Of a stretch of DNA of 64,000 nt, positions 11,447-21,311 are shown piece by piece. Source of the stretch: Bacillota bacterium. Its GTDB lineage: Bacteria > Bacillota > Bacilli > Alicyclobacillales > SLC66. The stretch covers positions 2,621 to 66,620 of the forward strand of contig JAKADA010000008.1 of assembly GCA_021820975.1 (NCBI GenBank). The letters run 5' to 3'. The translations under genes and the position numbers were made by a program. The notes beneath the pieces are model-generated. The model did no database searches. It saw only the letters and a list, made by a program, of their open reading frames with translations, and was not told the DNA's origin. Each line of letters opens with the position of its first letter. The stretch's first letter is position 1.

Positions 11447-12789
11447 CAGTATCGCACACTTCGTTACGATCGGGGATGGGGATTTTGGCAGAAGAACGTT
11501 TTGATGCGATCGTTGTGGGCGCTGGTCCTGCCGGAAGCGCGGCGGCTTACACGATGGCAACTGCAGGACTAAAAGTAGCTCTGATAGAGCGTGGTGAGTT
11601 TCCTGGAGCAAAGAATATTTTTGGTGGAGTTTTGTATAGGAAACAACTAGAAGATCTTATTCCAGAATGGTGGAAAGAGGCTCCTCTAGAGCGTGCAGTA
11701 ATCGAACAACGGATGTGGATTTTAGGCAAAGAAAGTGCAGTGACATTTAGTCATCGTAATGAGCGCTATAAAGAGCCGCCGAATGCTTGGACGGGTCTGC
11801 GCGTCAAGTTTGATCAATGGTTAGCGTCGAAAGCTGAAAAGGCGGGTGCTGTACCGATTTATGAGACCGTGGTAACGGAACTTATTCGTGAAAACGGACG
11901 AGTTGTCGGTGTTCGCACAGACCGCGACCAAGGCGACCTATATGGCGATCTTGTTGTATTGGCTGATGGTGTTAACTCGTTATTAGGTAAATCACTTGGT
12001 GTCCATAAAGAATGGGCACCTGATGAAGTCTCCTTGGCGGTCAAAGAAGTTATTGCACTTCCGAAAGAAAAACTGCAGGATCGCTTCAATTTAGAGGACA
12101 ATGAAGGATGCACCATCGAATTCATTGGTGATACTTTCGGCATGGCGGGACTTGGCTTCATGTACACGAATCAGGACACCATTTCTCTAGGTGTCGGCGT
12201 CATGGTGAATGATTTGAAGAAAAAACGCATTAAACCGTATGAAGTGCTTGATGCGGTGAAGCAACACCCATCCATTCGACGTATGATACAAGGTGGAGAA
12301 GTAAAGGAGTATTCAGGACACTTGATTCCTGAAGGTGGTTTTACCTCCATGCCGCCATTATCTGGTGATGGGTGGATGATTTGCGGAGATGCTGCACAAA
12401 TGGTTAACGCAGTTCACCGCGAAGGTACAAACCTTGCTGTTGCTTCCGGTAAAATGGCCGGAGAAACAGCCGTACTTGCACACCAACGGGGTGATTACAG
12501 CATTAAGACGTTAGGCGAATATGACCGAAACGTGAAAGAATCCTTTATTCATAATGACTTGAAGAAATACCGCGGCATTCATGGGTTATTCAAAGAAATG
12601 AATTCTGACACATTGTTTGGCAACCTTCCTCAAGCATTGAATGACGCCGCCTATGAGTGGTTGTTGGTTGACGGTGTCTTCAAGAAGGAAAAACAGAAGA
12701 AAGCAATTCGTACGTTACGCAATGCAGCTGGTGGTAACATTGACTTACTGCGTTTAGGCATCAAAGGATGGAGGGCGATTAACGGATGA
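11443..12789 (+). CDS. fixC: ETF-quinone oxidoreductase FixC-type flavoprotein
   Basis: FDAIVVGAGPAGSAAA dinucleotide fold and FixC-like length. Start uncertain (TTG 11443 overlapping the etfA stop, or ATG 11476). Confidence 0.85.
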   Translation: MTVSHTSLRSGMGILAEERFDAIVVGAGPAGSAAAYTMATAGLKVALIERGEFPGAKNIFGGVLYRKQLEDLIPEWWKEAPLERAVIEQRMWILGKESAVTFSHRNERYKEPPNAWTGLRVKFDQWLASKAEKAGAVPIYETVVTELIRENGRVVGVRTDRDQGDLYGDLVVLADGVNSLLGKSLGVHKEWAPDEVSLAVKEVIALPKEKLQDRFNLEDNEGCTIEFIGDTFGMAGLGFMYTNQDTISLGVGVMVNDLKKKRIKPYEVLDAVKQHPSIRRMIQGGEVKEYSGHLIPEGGFTSMPPLSGDGWMICGDAAQMVNAVHREGTNLAVASGKMAGETAVLAHQRGDYSIKTLGEYDRNVKESFIHNDLKKYRGIHGLFKEMNSDTLFGNLPQALNDAAYEWLLVDGVFKKEKQKKAIRTLRNAAGGNIDLLRLGIKGWRAING

Positions 12790-13070
12790 GTCAGAGCATA
12801 GAAGAACGTCTGTTTATGATCCGTTACAAGGCTGCCGAACAATCCCACTTGATTATTAAGGATCAAGATACGTGCTTACATTGCAAAACGAAAGAATGTA
12901 ATTTCTTTTGCCCAGCTGACGTATATGATTGGCATCCTGATGAGAAGAAAACCTCGGTAGCATTTGAAAATTGCATTGAATGTGGTACTTGCCGTCTTGC
13001 TTGTCCAGATTACAACATCGAATGGGTCTATCCGACGGGTGGACACGGAATTACCTACAAATTGGGTTGA
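12786..13070 (+). CDS. fixX: Ferredoxin-like protein FixX
   Basis: 94 aa. Cys motifs CLHCKTKECNFFCP and CIECGTCRLACP. ATGA overlap with fixC. Confidence 0.85.
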   Translation: MSQSIEERLFMIRYKAAEQSHLIIKDQDTCLHCKTKECNFFCPADVYDWHPDEKKTSVAFENCIECGTCRLACPDYNIEWVYPTGGHGITYKLG

Positions 13071-13129
13071 TGAATGAGTTGGCCATGTTGCACACTATGC
13101 AACATGGCTTTTTACTTAGGAGCGATCGT

Positions 13130-13651
13130 ATGGATACATTCATTAAAAGTGAAGAAATGCATCAAGCAACGTTACAAGCTTTACAGGATCGCGGTGTAGG
13201 ATTACTGGATATTGCACAGATCACGCTGTTTCTTCAATCCAAATATGTACCGGGCCTAACAATTGAGACTTGTCTTGAAAATGTTGAGCAGGTACTCGAA
13301 AAACGCGAGGTTCAAAATGCTATTCTCACCGGTGTGGCGCTTGATGTTATGGCTGAACAACACGCTTTGCCACAGCCTTTACAACACATTATTGAGACGG
13401 ATGAAAGTCTTTATGGTGTTGATGAAATCTTAGCATTATCGATTCTAAACATTTACGGAAGTATCGGGTACACCAATTACGGTTATGTTGACAAATTGAA
13501 ATATGGCATCCTAGATTGGCTTAATGATAAAAAAAACGGAACACATACTTTTATGGATGATCTTGCAGGCGCTGTCGCTGCGGCTGCGGCAAGTCGCCTA
13601 GCGCATCGGTATCGCAGTTTACAGGAGCAAGAGCAGGAATTGAACGAGTAG
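13130..13651 (+). CDS. Phosphatidylglycerophosphatase A family protein (YutG-like)
   Basis: Start set at ATG 13130 (TAGGAG RBS). Block DESLYGVDEILALSILNIYGSIGYTNYGY...FMDDLAGAVAAAAASRLAH resembles PgpA/YutG. Confidence 0.7.
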   Translation: MDTFIKSEEMHQATLQALQDRGVGLLDIAQITLFLQSKYVPGLTIETCLENVEQVLEKREVQNAILTGVALDVMAEQHALPQPLQHIIETDESLYGVDEILALSILNIYGSIGYTNYGYVDKLKYGILDWLNDKKNGTHTFMDDLAGAVAAAAASRLAHRYRSLQEQEQELNE

Positions 13652-13733
13652 GTTTGTGATTTGCGCAATGCATGCGTAAATTATGGTATCCTAATTTGGG
13701 TAACAAGTTTCGTTTGAAAAGGGGTATAGAGCT

Positions 13734-14180
13734 ATGATTACAGAAGTACGAGATGCTTATGTTGTGCTTGAATCGGTTCATCGTAGTATCGATAAAATGC
13801 TCGAAGGGCTTACTGACCAACAGCTTCTCGAAAAGCCGTTTGAAAACATGAATAATATTGCTTCGATTGTTGAACATACCACCTTGGTTGAAAAACGCTT
13901 TTTATCTAGCCTTGCAGGTGATGTTCAAACAATCGATTCTCAAAAACCATTTCAGACGTCAACGTGGGATGTGCCAGCTATTAAACAGCAATGGGAAGAT
14001 GTTCTTCGGTATGCAAAAGAGGTTTTTGAAAAACTTGAGCAAAGCGATATGGAACAACCAGGATTAAAACTTGGCATAGGTGAACTGAATAAACGTCAAT
14101 TAATGTTATATACAATCGCACATACCACACATCACCGTGGACAAATTCCGATTGTCAAAAAGTTTTTAAAGAACGAGTAA
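13734..14180 (+). CDS. DinB-family protein
   Basis: 148 aa. Four-helix DinB pattern with a C-terminal HTTHHRGQ motif. Confidence 0.75.
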   Translation: MITEVRDAYVVLESVHRSIDKMLEGLTDQQLLEKPFENMNNIASIVEHTTLVEKRFLSSLAGDVQTIDSQKPFQTSTWDVPAIKQQWEDVLRYAKEVFEKLEQSDMEQPGLKLGIGELNKRQLMLYTIAHTTHHRGQIPIVKKFLKNE

Positions 14181-14193
14181 TCGCTATGTGTAA

Positions 14194-14227
14194 AGAGACA
14201 TCAGATGACTATTCATCTGATGTCTCT
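14194..14227. terminator. Bidirectional terminator between convergent genes
   Basis: Perfect 15-bp stem AGAGACATCAGATGA / TCATCTGATGTCTCT. Confidence 0.8.
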
Positions 14228-14232
14228 AAAGC

Positions 14233-15681
14233 TTAATCGAACTCGTCGGTAAGAGATACACTCACGACCTGGTTTTGTTGGCGTTTGCCGATAAAATATA
14301 AGATGGAAGCTACCACCAAAGCAATAACAGTTCCACCAACAAGTTCAAGCTCATACAAACCTTTATTGGCAATGTTTGACCCAGGAATAAAGACAGCGAT
14401 CATGGATCCAATGATCCATACAAGACCCAAAATGATCGCCAGCCATGTTCCAAATTTGCCGCCGGGAATTTGAAACGGACGTTTGATGTTAGGATAGCGT
14501 TTGCGAAATATTAGCAGGGCGGGAAACATGAATAAGTAAGGCGCAGTACCTGCAAGAACAGCCATATTCAATAGAATTTGATAGACAGTACCTAGATTGC
14601 CTGATGATGCATATAAATTCATCGCAAGCATGATAGAACTAAGCACAGCACCTGCTATGGCTACACGATCTGGGGTACCAAAACGAGGGTGAAAGTGACC
14701 GAAAAACCTCGGGATATTACCATCATAGCCGCTAGCTGCAAAAGCGCGATCAACACCAAGCAACCATGTTGTACCGCCCGATAAAAGGCCAATCACAAGG
14801 AAAATACCGATAAGCAGAAGAGCTGGTGAACCTGGCAACATCGTTTTAAATGCGTCGAATAATCCACTGACGTTCGATAGCGTATGCAAAGGCAAGACAA
14901 GCAACAAACCAACAATACCTAGCGTATATCCAATGGCCGACAATATAACAGACCATAAGATAGCGAGTGGTACATCGCGTTTTGGATTAATCATTTCTTG
15001 TGCTGCGTTCGATTGCAACTCGAAGCCTTGCCATTGGTAAATTAAAACGGGAAGGTACGCGATTGCAACTGTCTTAGTTGGTAGAAATTGAGAAATAGAA
15101 AATGAATTGGCAACGTGCCCAAGGTGCGTTACTGCGACTATCGCTAAAATGGCTACGGCGAGTAACAGTACTACTTTGATAACGGCACCGATATTGGGTA
15201 ACCATTTGCCAACATTTAAATACGTAATTTCTAAAAGGGCGACTAACCAAATTAAGATAAGAGCTATAATAAATTGTACGGAGATAGACCATGTGGCATG
15301 GAGCATACTTTGCAGTACACCGACAGATTCTACGGCTAAGCTTGCCATCCATAAAGGGTTGCTAACCCAATAAACAAAAGTAAGGATACTCGAAATATAG
15401 GGATTGAAGGCTTCTTTGATCCAAACGTACAGTCCGCCTTCCTTGACATAGGACGACCCCATCTCTGCAGCTATCATGGCGTACGGTATAGCAAATAAAA
15501 GGCAGGAGATGACTACCCAGAAAATAGCTTGGACACCGTTTGATGCGGATGTGGCTATGGTATCAATGCCAATGATGCCGGATGTCGTGAATAAAATAAG
15601 ATCTCTTGGCCGTAGTACCTTTTTTAGCCGAGAACGTTGCTCTAGCGCATATTCTGTAGTTTTTTCAAATGCTTGACTCAT
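14233..15681 (-). CDS. APC-superfamily amino acid permease
   Basis: About 12 TM helices with an APC-like N-terminus. Start set at ATG 15681 (GAGGAGG RBS 6 nt upstream). Confidence 0.85.
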   Translation of the reverse strand: MSQAFEKTTEYALEQRSRLKKVLRPRDLILFTTSGIIGIDTIATSASNGVQAIFWVVISCLLFAIPYAMIAAEMGSSYVKEGGLYVWIKEAFNPYISSILTFVYWVSNPLWMASLAVESVGVLQSMLHATWSISVQFIIALILIWLVALLEITYLNVGKWLPNIGAVIKVVLLLAVAILAIVAVTHLGHVANSFSISQFLPTKTVAIAYLPVLIYQWQGFELQSNAAQEMINPKRDVPLAILWSVILSAIGYTLGIVGLLLVLPLHTLSNVSGLFDAFKTMLPGSPALLLIGIFLVIGLLSGGTTWLLGVDRAFAASGYDGNIPRFFGHFHPRFGTPDRVAIAGAVLSSIMLAMNLYASSGNLGTVYQILLNMAVLAGTAPYLFMFPALLIFRKRYPNIKRPFQIPGGKFGTWLAIILGLVWIIGSMIAVFIPGSNIANKGLYELELVGGTVIALVVASILYFIGKRQQNQVVSVSLTDEFD

Positions 15682-15787
15682 GTTGCGCCTCCTCACAGAG
15701 TATATTTATACATCAAAAAGTTAGTTTCTTGCAAACTTTTTCTTTCTGCAGTAGGCTTGAAAAAAATGTATGGATTGGATGATGATC

Positions 15788-16504
15788 ATGAATAAACCGA
15801 TTCGTGTCACAGTTTGGAATGAATTTCGCCATGAAAAAGAAGATCCGAGAGTGGCTAAGGTGTACCCGGAAGGTATTCATCAAGCGATTGCATCTTTTAT
15901 GCAACAAGAAGGATTTACGACGCGCACAGCTACCTTGGATGAACCTCATCATGGCCTAACGCAAGAGGTACTAGACGATACGGATGTCTTACTTTGGTGG
16001 GGGCATGCAGCACACCAAGAAGTAAGTGATGAGATCGTGCATAAAGTTGTCGCACGAGTACTATCTGGGATGGGTTTGATTGTTCTTCACTCAGCGCACT
16101 TTTCTAAAGTGTTTAAAGCACTTATGGGTACGTCTTGCGATTTGAAATGGAGAGAAATTGGGGAAAATGAACGTTTATGGGTTGTCGATCCAACGCATCC
16201 TATCGTAGAAGGTATCGATGAGTGGATTGATTTACCGCATGAAGAGATGTATGGCGAACACTTCGATATTCCTATGCCTGATGAATTGATCTTTATTAGT
16301 TGGTTCGCCGGTGGGGAAGTGTTTCGCAGTGGCGTAACGTACCGACGTGGCCAAGGAAAGATTTTTTACTTTAGGCCCGGTCATGAAACTTATCCAACGT
16401 ATCACCATCCTGCAGTACAAACGGTGTTGACGAACGCTGTAAAATGGGCGGCACCTGTACAACGACCAGCAAGACACTTTGGTAACGTAAAGCCACTACA
16501 GTAA
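15788..16504 (+). CDS. ThuA-like (trehalose utilisation) domain protein
   Basis: [17 protein letters not shown]...LLWWGH pattern typical of ThuA. Confidence 0.75.
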   Translation: MNKPIRVTVWNEFRHEKEDPRVAKVYPEGIHQAIASFMQQEGFTTRTATLDEPHHGLTQEVLDDTDVLLWWGHAAHQEVSDEIVHKVVARVLSGMGLIVLHSAHFSKVFKALMGTSCDLKWREIGENERLWVVDPTHPIVEGIDEWIDLPHEEMYGEHFDIPMPDELIFISWFAGGEVFRSGVTYRRGQGKIFYFRPGHETYPTYHHPAVQTVLTNAVKWAAPVQRPARHFGNVKPLQ

Positions 16505-16589
16505 ATACAGTCGGTGTGAGATAACGCACAAAGGCTTTCTTATGCTTCCTTCATACTGCATGTATACTTGGTGGATGAAGGTGATCAGG

Positions 16590-17870
16590 ATGCAAAGTGC
16601 AAAAGTACCATTACGGATTCCTTTGCCGTTGCTTTTTCTTGCGATGGCAGCTCTTCTTGTTTTTCCGATTGTTGTTGTCAATGCTGCACATTCTATTGGA
16701 CAAGGCTCTTACCCGATGCCAGATGTCTTACTAACCGTGCATACTGTGATCATCGGCGTGATATTTCCTGTAATTATAGGTGTGTTTTATCAATTGGGCC
16801 CCGTTGCTTTCGTCACCGGATCTGTATCTCACCGTTTGGCATTTATTCAGGCGGTGAGTTATGTTGTGTCGGCGGTTTGCTTTTTATTGTGTTGGACGTT
16901 TCTTGATAGTTGGGGAATCATACCACTTGCTGTGACCGGAACTCTCGTTCTTTTGAGTTTATTGCTGTTTTTTGCTTTAGTCTTTAGTGTCGTACGTAAG
17001 CGAACAGCGGGTACCATGAGTGCGTTTTTTACGTATGCTGCTTTGGTTCATGGCTTATTGCTTGTTACTTTTGCGTCTATTTTGGTGTGGGGGCTTGCAC
17101 AAGGTGCAAGTCTCATTTTTACTAACTGGATTGGAGCGCATGCCATAACGGGGATATATGGGATCTTTCTGCAATTTGCGATGGCGTTTGCCTATAAATT
17201 AATCCCCATGTTTCAATTATCGCACGCTAACTTAAAACGCCGTCCCATCATCACTTTTGTATTTCTCAATGTAGGGTTACTCAGTGAAGATGCTGGCTTG
17301 TTACTGGCTATTCATGTGCTAGGTGCGATAGGTTCAGTGTTTATTGCTATCAGTATTATTCATTTTATGTTTGAAGTTCTTACAATGTATAAAAAACGCA
17401 TTCGAAAGCAAGTTGAATGGCCGATGCGCTCTGTTTTCGTAGGCTGGATGTGGATCGCTCTAGGCACGATTTTATTAGCTTTATGGCAACTTGTGGGCGG
17501 TGTGCTGATCAACATGCCAGAAGTCGTCTTTGTAGTTGTAGTTGTCGGCGGTTTGGTACAGATGATCACTGGATACCTCTTTAAAATTATCTCTTTTTTA
17601 ATTTGGACTGTTCGTTACGGTGAGGGACACAATGCAAGTACTGCACCTCCTTTGCGTAGTGCCATTCGTAAAGAGTGGGCAAAGAGTATCATGATCGTAT
17701 GGAATGTGGGCCTGGTGCTCATGCTTATCGGTATTATCGCGGGGATAGCGTCTATCGTTGTCTTAGGGGCGACAGCCTTTATGGTTTGTGCCATGATGGC
17801 TGTACGGGAATGGTGGCGTATGATTTCGCCTCGCGGCGTGTTTCCCCCTATTACAACACCTGTATCATAA
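16590..17870 (+). CDS. Polytopic (about 12-TM) membrane protein, paralog of 18110-19393
   Basis: Start at ATG 16590 (AAGGTGA RBS). Shares blocks with its paralog, e.g. AYKLIPMFQLSH vs SYKFIPMFTLSH. Confidence 0.7.
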   Translation: MQSAKVPLRIPLPLLFLAMAALLVFPIVVVNAAHSIGQGSYPMPDVLLTVHTVIIGVIFPVIIGVFYQLGPVAFVTGSVSHRLAFIQAVSYVVSAVCFLLCWTFLDSWGIIPLAVTGTLVLLSLLLFFALVFSVVRKRTAGTMSAFFTYAALVHGLLLVTFASILVWGLAQGASLIFTNWIGAHAITGIYGIFLQFAMAFAYKLIPMFQLSHANLKRRPIITFVFLNVGLLSEDAGLLLAIHVLGAIGSVFIAISIIHFMFEVLTMYKKRIRKQVEWPMRSVFVGWMWIALGTILLALWQLVGGVLINMPEVVFVVVVVGGLVQMITGYLFKIISFLIWTVRYGEGHNASTAPPLRSAIRKEWAKSIMIVWNVGLVLMLIGIIAGIASIVVLGATAFMVCAMMAVREWWRMISPRGVFPPITTPVS

Positions 17871-17893
17871 TAATACAAAGGAGATGATCAAAT

Positions 17894-18109
17894 ATGCACT
17901 ATGAATTGGACAATCGCGGTCTTGAACCGCCACAACCGATGATGCGTACGCTAGCTAAACTTGAAGAGTTAGAATCTGGTGACCAGTTGACGATTCATAA
18001 TGATCGTATACCTGCCTTCTTGCTACCTGAATTGGATGACTTGGGTTTTCACTATGATGTGATGGAACAACAAGACGGCAGTTGCAAGGTTGCAATCAAA
18101 AAACCGTAG
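17894..18109 (+). CDS. DUF2249-domain protein
   Basis: 71 aa. LDNRGLEPPQPMMRTLAKLEELESGDQLTIHNDRIP matches the DUF2249 (TusA/SirA-like fold) pattern. Confidence 0.8.
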   Translation: MHYELDNRGLEPPQPMMRTLAKLEELESGDQLTIHNDRIPAFLLPELDDLGFHYDVMEQQDGSCKVAIKKP

Positions 18110-19393
18110 TTAACTCTCTTTTGGTTGATCTATTCGTGGGCCGCCAATTTTTAGGACACGCAAAAGTGATAAAAGCAAGAGTAACAGCCCCAAAAAGGCC
18201 AACGCTGACAAGAAGGCTTGTATGATAACGGATAGGTCTGTATCCGTTACTACAATGTGAAAAGTGAGTTCAAGAAATCCTAGTAAAGTCGATACAAAAT
18301 AGAGAGTAATACCTACATGGGTCATTTTCTTTGGCATCATGTCATCGATAGGTGGCGCATTTTTGCGATCAGGATGATGGCTGAATCGATATTCGTACCA
18401 TAAAAATGGTACTATTTTTTGTAGATAAGCAAGGATTAAGAGGGCGAATCCGTCCATAGTAAGGAGGTATGCGATAGGTACTATAAGGCTAGCTAAAGAG
18501 AATGCGGTGGCGATAAAAAGCAAGATAGAGCTTACAAGTAAAACGCTTGTTGCGATAAGAGCAATGCGAATGGAGTAGAGTATTCGTTTCCTTTTACGCG
18601 CCTGGACTATTCTCAGCATGTCGATCGCAAAATAGGTTAAGCCGATAAAGGCAATGCCAAGTCCTGCTATTTGTGCGATATGGAAGGATAAATGAAGTAA
18701 GTTGGATAGGGCAAAAAGTGTCACGCCTATGATAAAAATACGGATGGATATAGGCATAGATGATGTGTAGCCATGGCTAAGTGTAAACATAGGGATGAAC
18801 TTGTAGGAGATGACCATCGCAAGGGTCATCCAAAAACCAAAAGCGCCTAAGAAGATGTGCGTACTAAATAGGGAGAATGAATCGCCTGGCAAGTAAAATG
18901 CCATCCAGATACCAAATGCCATAACGAGGCAAAGTGCTATAAAAGGAAAAGATAGATGCTGGTGAACAGAAGTTTTGTTAAGCGCATGTCGATAACTTTT
19001 TGAGGCTGTAATGAGAAAGGCAATAGTGAGAAGCAGTAATACTGTCCCAAAAATACCCGTGATAAAAAACTTACCTAAAAGGAATCCGGTGATCATACCG
19101 ATTACACAGATCACGTGAACTGGCAGATGCCAATACAATACATGCCGTGAAATCGGTGGTGCTTGAAAAGCAATCGGAATTACCTGATACATAACGCCAA
19201 AAACCATCGTGAGCATAAAACCAAGAATCATACTATGTACGGCGGCGAGGGTAGGCCCTGTAGTCCAAAACCCTTGTTGCCAAGACGGAATGAGATTCTG
19301 GATAAAAACAACACCAATCATGCTAAAAAACAGGGCAGTTATCGCGTAGTAGACCGTTGCAGATAATTTCCTTTTCGTCATCGAGACAGGCAT
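18110..19393 (-). CDS. Polytopic (about 12-TM) membrane protein, paralog of 16590-17870
   Basis: 427 aa with a GTGAGGTG RBS. Its stop codon directly abuts the DUF2249 stop. Confidence 0.7.
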   Translation of the reverse strand: MPVSMTKRKLSATVYYAITALFFSMIGVVFIQNLIPSWQQGFWTTGPTLAAVHSMILGFMLTMVFGVMYQVIPIAFQAPPISRHVLYWHLPVHVICVIGMITGFLLGKFFITGIFGTVLLLLTIAFLITASKSYRHALNKTSVHQHLSFPFIALCLVMAFGIWMAFYLPGDSFSLFSTHIFLGAFGFWMTLAMVISYKFIPMFTLSHGYTSSMPISIRIFIIGVTLFALSNLLHLSFHIAQIAGLGIAFIGLTYFAIDMLRIVQARKRKRILYSIRIALIATSVLLVSSILLFIATAFSLASLIVPIAYLLTMDGFALLILAYLQKIVPFLWYEYRFSHHPDRKNAPPIDDMMPKKMTHVGITLYFVSTLLGFLELTFHIVVTDTDLSVIIQAFLSALAFLGLLLLLLSLLRVLKIGGPRIDQPKES

Positions 19394-19458
19394 GATGACA
19401 CCTCACAATATGTTTGATATATTTTACAGGCTAACACTATATCGTCCTAAAGGGGACT

Positions 19459-20904
19459 ATGCGATTGTTATCTTTTATAGATCATACCGCATATAAAGAC
19501 CTATATCCTGCTTTTAACCCTCTCATGGTTTCGAAATTTGATGTTATTGTCTCTCAAGATAACGTGAAGTTTGTGAGTGACGCTGGTTTGCATTTTTTGC
19601 AAATGCGCAAACAAGATGTGATCGATCAACAAGTGGACGTCTTTTTTCCCGACCTGTGCAAAGACATCTTGTCGCATGAAAAGTTTTTTAGAACACGTTT
19701 GCGAATACCACACGATCGTGAATTGAAGGTTTACGTAGATGTTTCTTTGGTTATGTATGATGGGGTTGATTCTCATTTAATTAAGGTGATGTCGTGCGGT
19801 GCTCCGAGCGATATGGCAATAGATCCATGTGATTTTCTCTTTCAGTCTGCAGATGTTTTGCTCGTACAGAGTATCGATCGTCGAATTATAAAAATCAATC
19901 ACGCCTTTGAACGTATGTACGGCTGGAACGAACAGGAATTAATCGGAAAAACTCCCCCTATAGTACCGCATGATCTTGAAAAGGAAACAGAAGCTTTGTT
20001 GAAAATCCTTAAAAAAGGCATCGATGTACCAGGTTACGAAACGATTCGATTGCATAAAAACGGCAGAGAATTGCATGTGAGCATGACGAGTTCTCCTATC
20101 TTTGATACAACAAATCGAGTTATCGCCATCGTATCGATTATGCGCGATATAACGAAACATATGCGTACAGAACAAGAGTTTTCAAAGTCTGTGACGGAGT
20201 TAAAACGAGTACAACAGCGTCTGAAAGAACGAGAAAAATTATCGATTATAGGCACCATGGCGGCTGGTATGGCGCATGAAATCCGTAATCCATTGACCGC
20301 TATTCAAGGTTTCGTTAAGTTGATCGGTGATGAAAGTAAAGATAATCCTATCGTATCAAGGTATGTACAAGTAGCGTTGAGTGAAGCCAAAAGGGCGAAT
20401 CAAATTTTGGTCGATTTTCTGCAATTAGCTCGTCCGCGTTCACTTGTGTTGCAAACCGTATCTTTATGGTCTTGCGTTCATGAAGTGGTAGTGTCCTTAG
20501 GTCCACAGGCTTTGCGCAAAAATGTACACATTTATGTAGAGCCTTCGTTTGATGATCATAGCTTTTTTGTGCGTTTGGATGAGAATCAAATGAAACAGGT
20601 ATTGGTCAACCTTGGCCAAAATGCTATAGAAGCCTGTACACCGCATAATGAGGTGAAATTTTGTCTTTATAAAAATGAAGAAAAAAAAGAGATTTTGCTT
20701 GAAGTACGGGATACGGGTTCTGGAATTGCCCCATACCATCTAGGACATTTGGATGTGCCGTTTTTCTCAACGAAACAAGGTGGTACAGGACTTGGACTTT
20801 CTATTTCTTATGCAATTATTGAGGCGCATGAAGGCCAGGTAGAGGTGGATTCTACACTCGGTGAAGGTACCATTTTTCGAATCCACCTTAAAGATCAATG
20901 CTAA
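19459..20904 (+). CDS. Cytoplasmic PAS-domain sensor histidine kinase (orphan, sporulation-kinase-like)
   Basis: PAS region, H-box AHEIRNPLTAIQGF, and N/G boxes (NLGQNAIEA, DTGSGI, GGTGLGL). No adjacent response regulator. Confidence 0.85.
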   Translation: MRLLSFIDHTAYKDLYPAFNPLMVSKFDVIVSQDNVKFVSDAGLHFLQMRKQDVIDQQVDVFFPDLCKDILSHEKFFRTRLRIPHDRELKVYVDVSLVMYDGVDSHLIKVMSCGAPSDMAIDPCDFLFQSADVLLVQSIDRRIIKINHAFERMYGWNEQELIGKTPPIVPHDLEKETEALLKILKKGIDVPGYETIRLHKNGRELHVSMTSSPIFDTTNRVIAIVSIMRDITKHMRTEQEFSKSVTELKRVQQRLKEREKLSIIGTMAAGMAHEIRNPLTAIQGFVKLIGDESKDNPIVSRYVQVALSEAKRANQILVDFLQLARPRSLVLQTVSLWSCVHEVVVSLGPQALRKNVHIYVEPSFDDHSFFVRLDENQMKQVLVNLGQNAIEACTPHNEVKFCLYKNEEKKEILLEVRDTGSGIAPYHLGHLDVPFFSTKQGGTGLGLSISYAIIEAHEGQVEVDSTLGEGTIFRIHLKDQC

Positions 20905-21201
20905 TCAAGCTGTCGTCCAAGCTGACAGTCCACCGCGAAGGGATGATGCTTGAAAGCCGCGTGTCGTGAGGATTTCACACGCTTGCGAGCTCCGATTACC
21001 ACTTCGACAAATGAGTACAACAGGTCGATTGCGATCCAATTGATCGACTTGTTCAGACAAGATTGATAATGGGATGAGTTTTGATCCCTCAATGTGTCCC
21101 TCACGGTATTCTTCAATTTCTCTGACGTCGATCAGTTGCACATCCTTATGAGAAAAAAGTATCTGCCTAATCTCTTGTTGTGAAATTTCTTTGCAATTCA
21201 T
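20905..21201 (-). CDS. Rhodanese-domain sulfurtransferase
   Basis: Active-site loop CRSGNRS. Start set at ATG 21201 (GGAGGTG RBS). Confidence 0.8.
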   Translation of the reverse strand: MNCKEISQQEIRQILFSHKDVQLIDVREIEEYREGHIEGSKLIPLSILSEQVDQLDRNRPVVLICRSGNRSSQACEILTTRGFQASSLRGGLSAWTTA

Positions 21202-21311
21202 GGTGACACCTCCGATAGAATTCACTGAGTTTATATACCTATGTGGGTATTTTAACGCATGACAACATTGACATCAACCTGTTATGATAAAAGCATGGAG
21301 GATGGTGTAAA

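Noticed and set aside
12980-13129. N-terminal extension of the PgpA-like ORF that overlaps fixX by 90 nt.
   Set aside because: The extension has no RBS and overlaps a well-supported gene. ATG 13130 has a TAGGAG RBS and gives a protein of family-typical length.
16568-17887. Alternate-frame ORFs (16568-16906, 17360-17569, 17615-17878, 17675-17887) within the membrane-protein gene.
   Set aside because: They overlap a long ORF whose paralog conservation supports the annotated frame.
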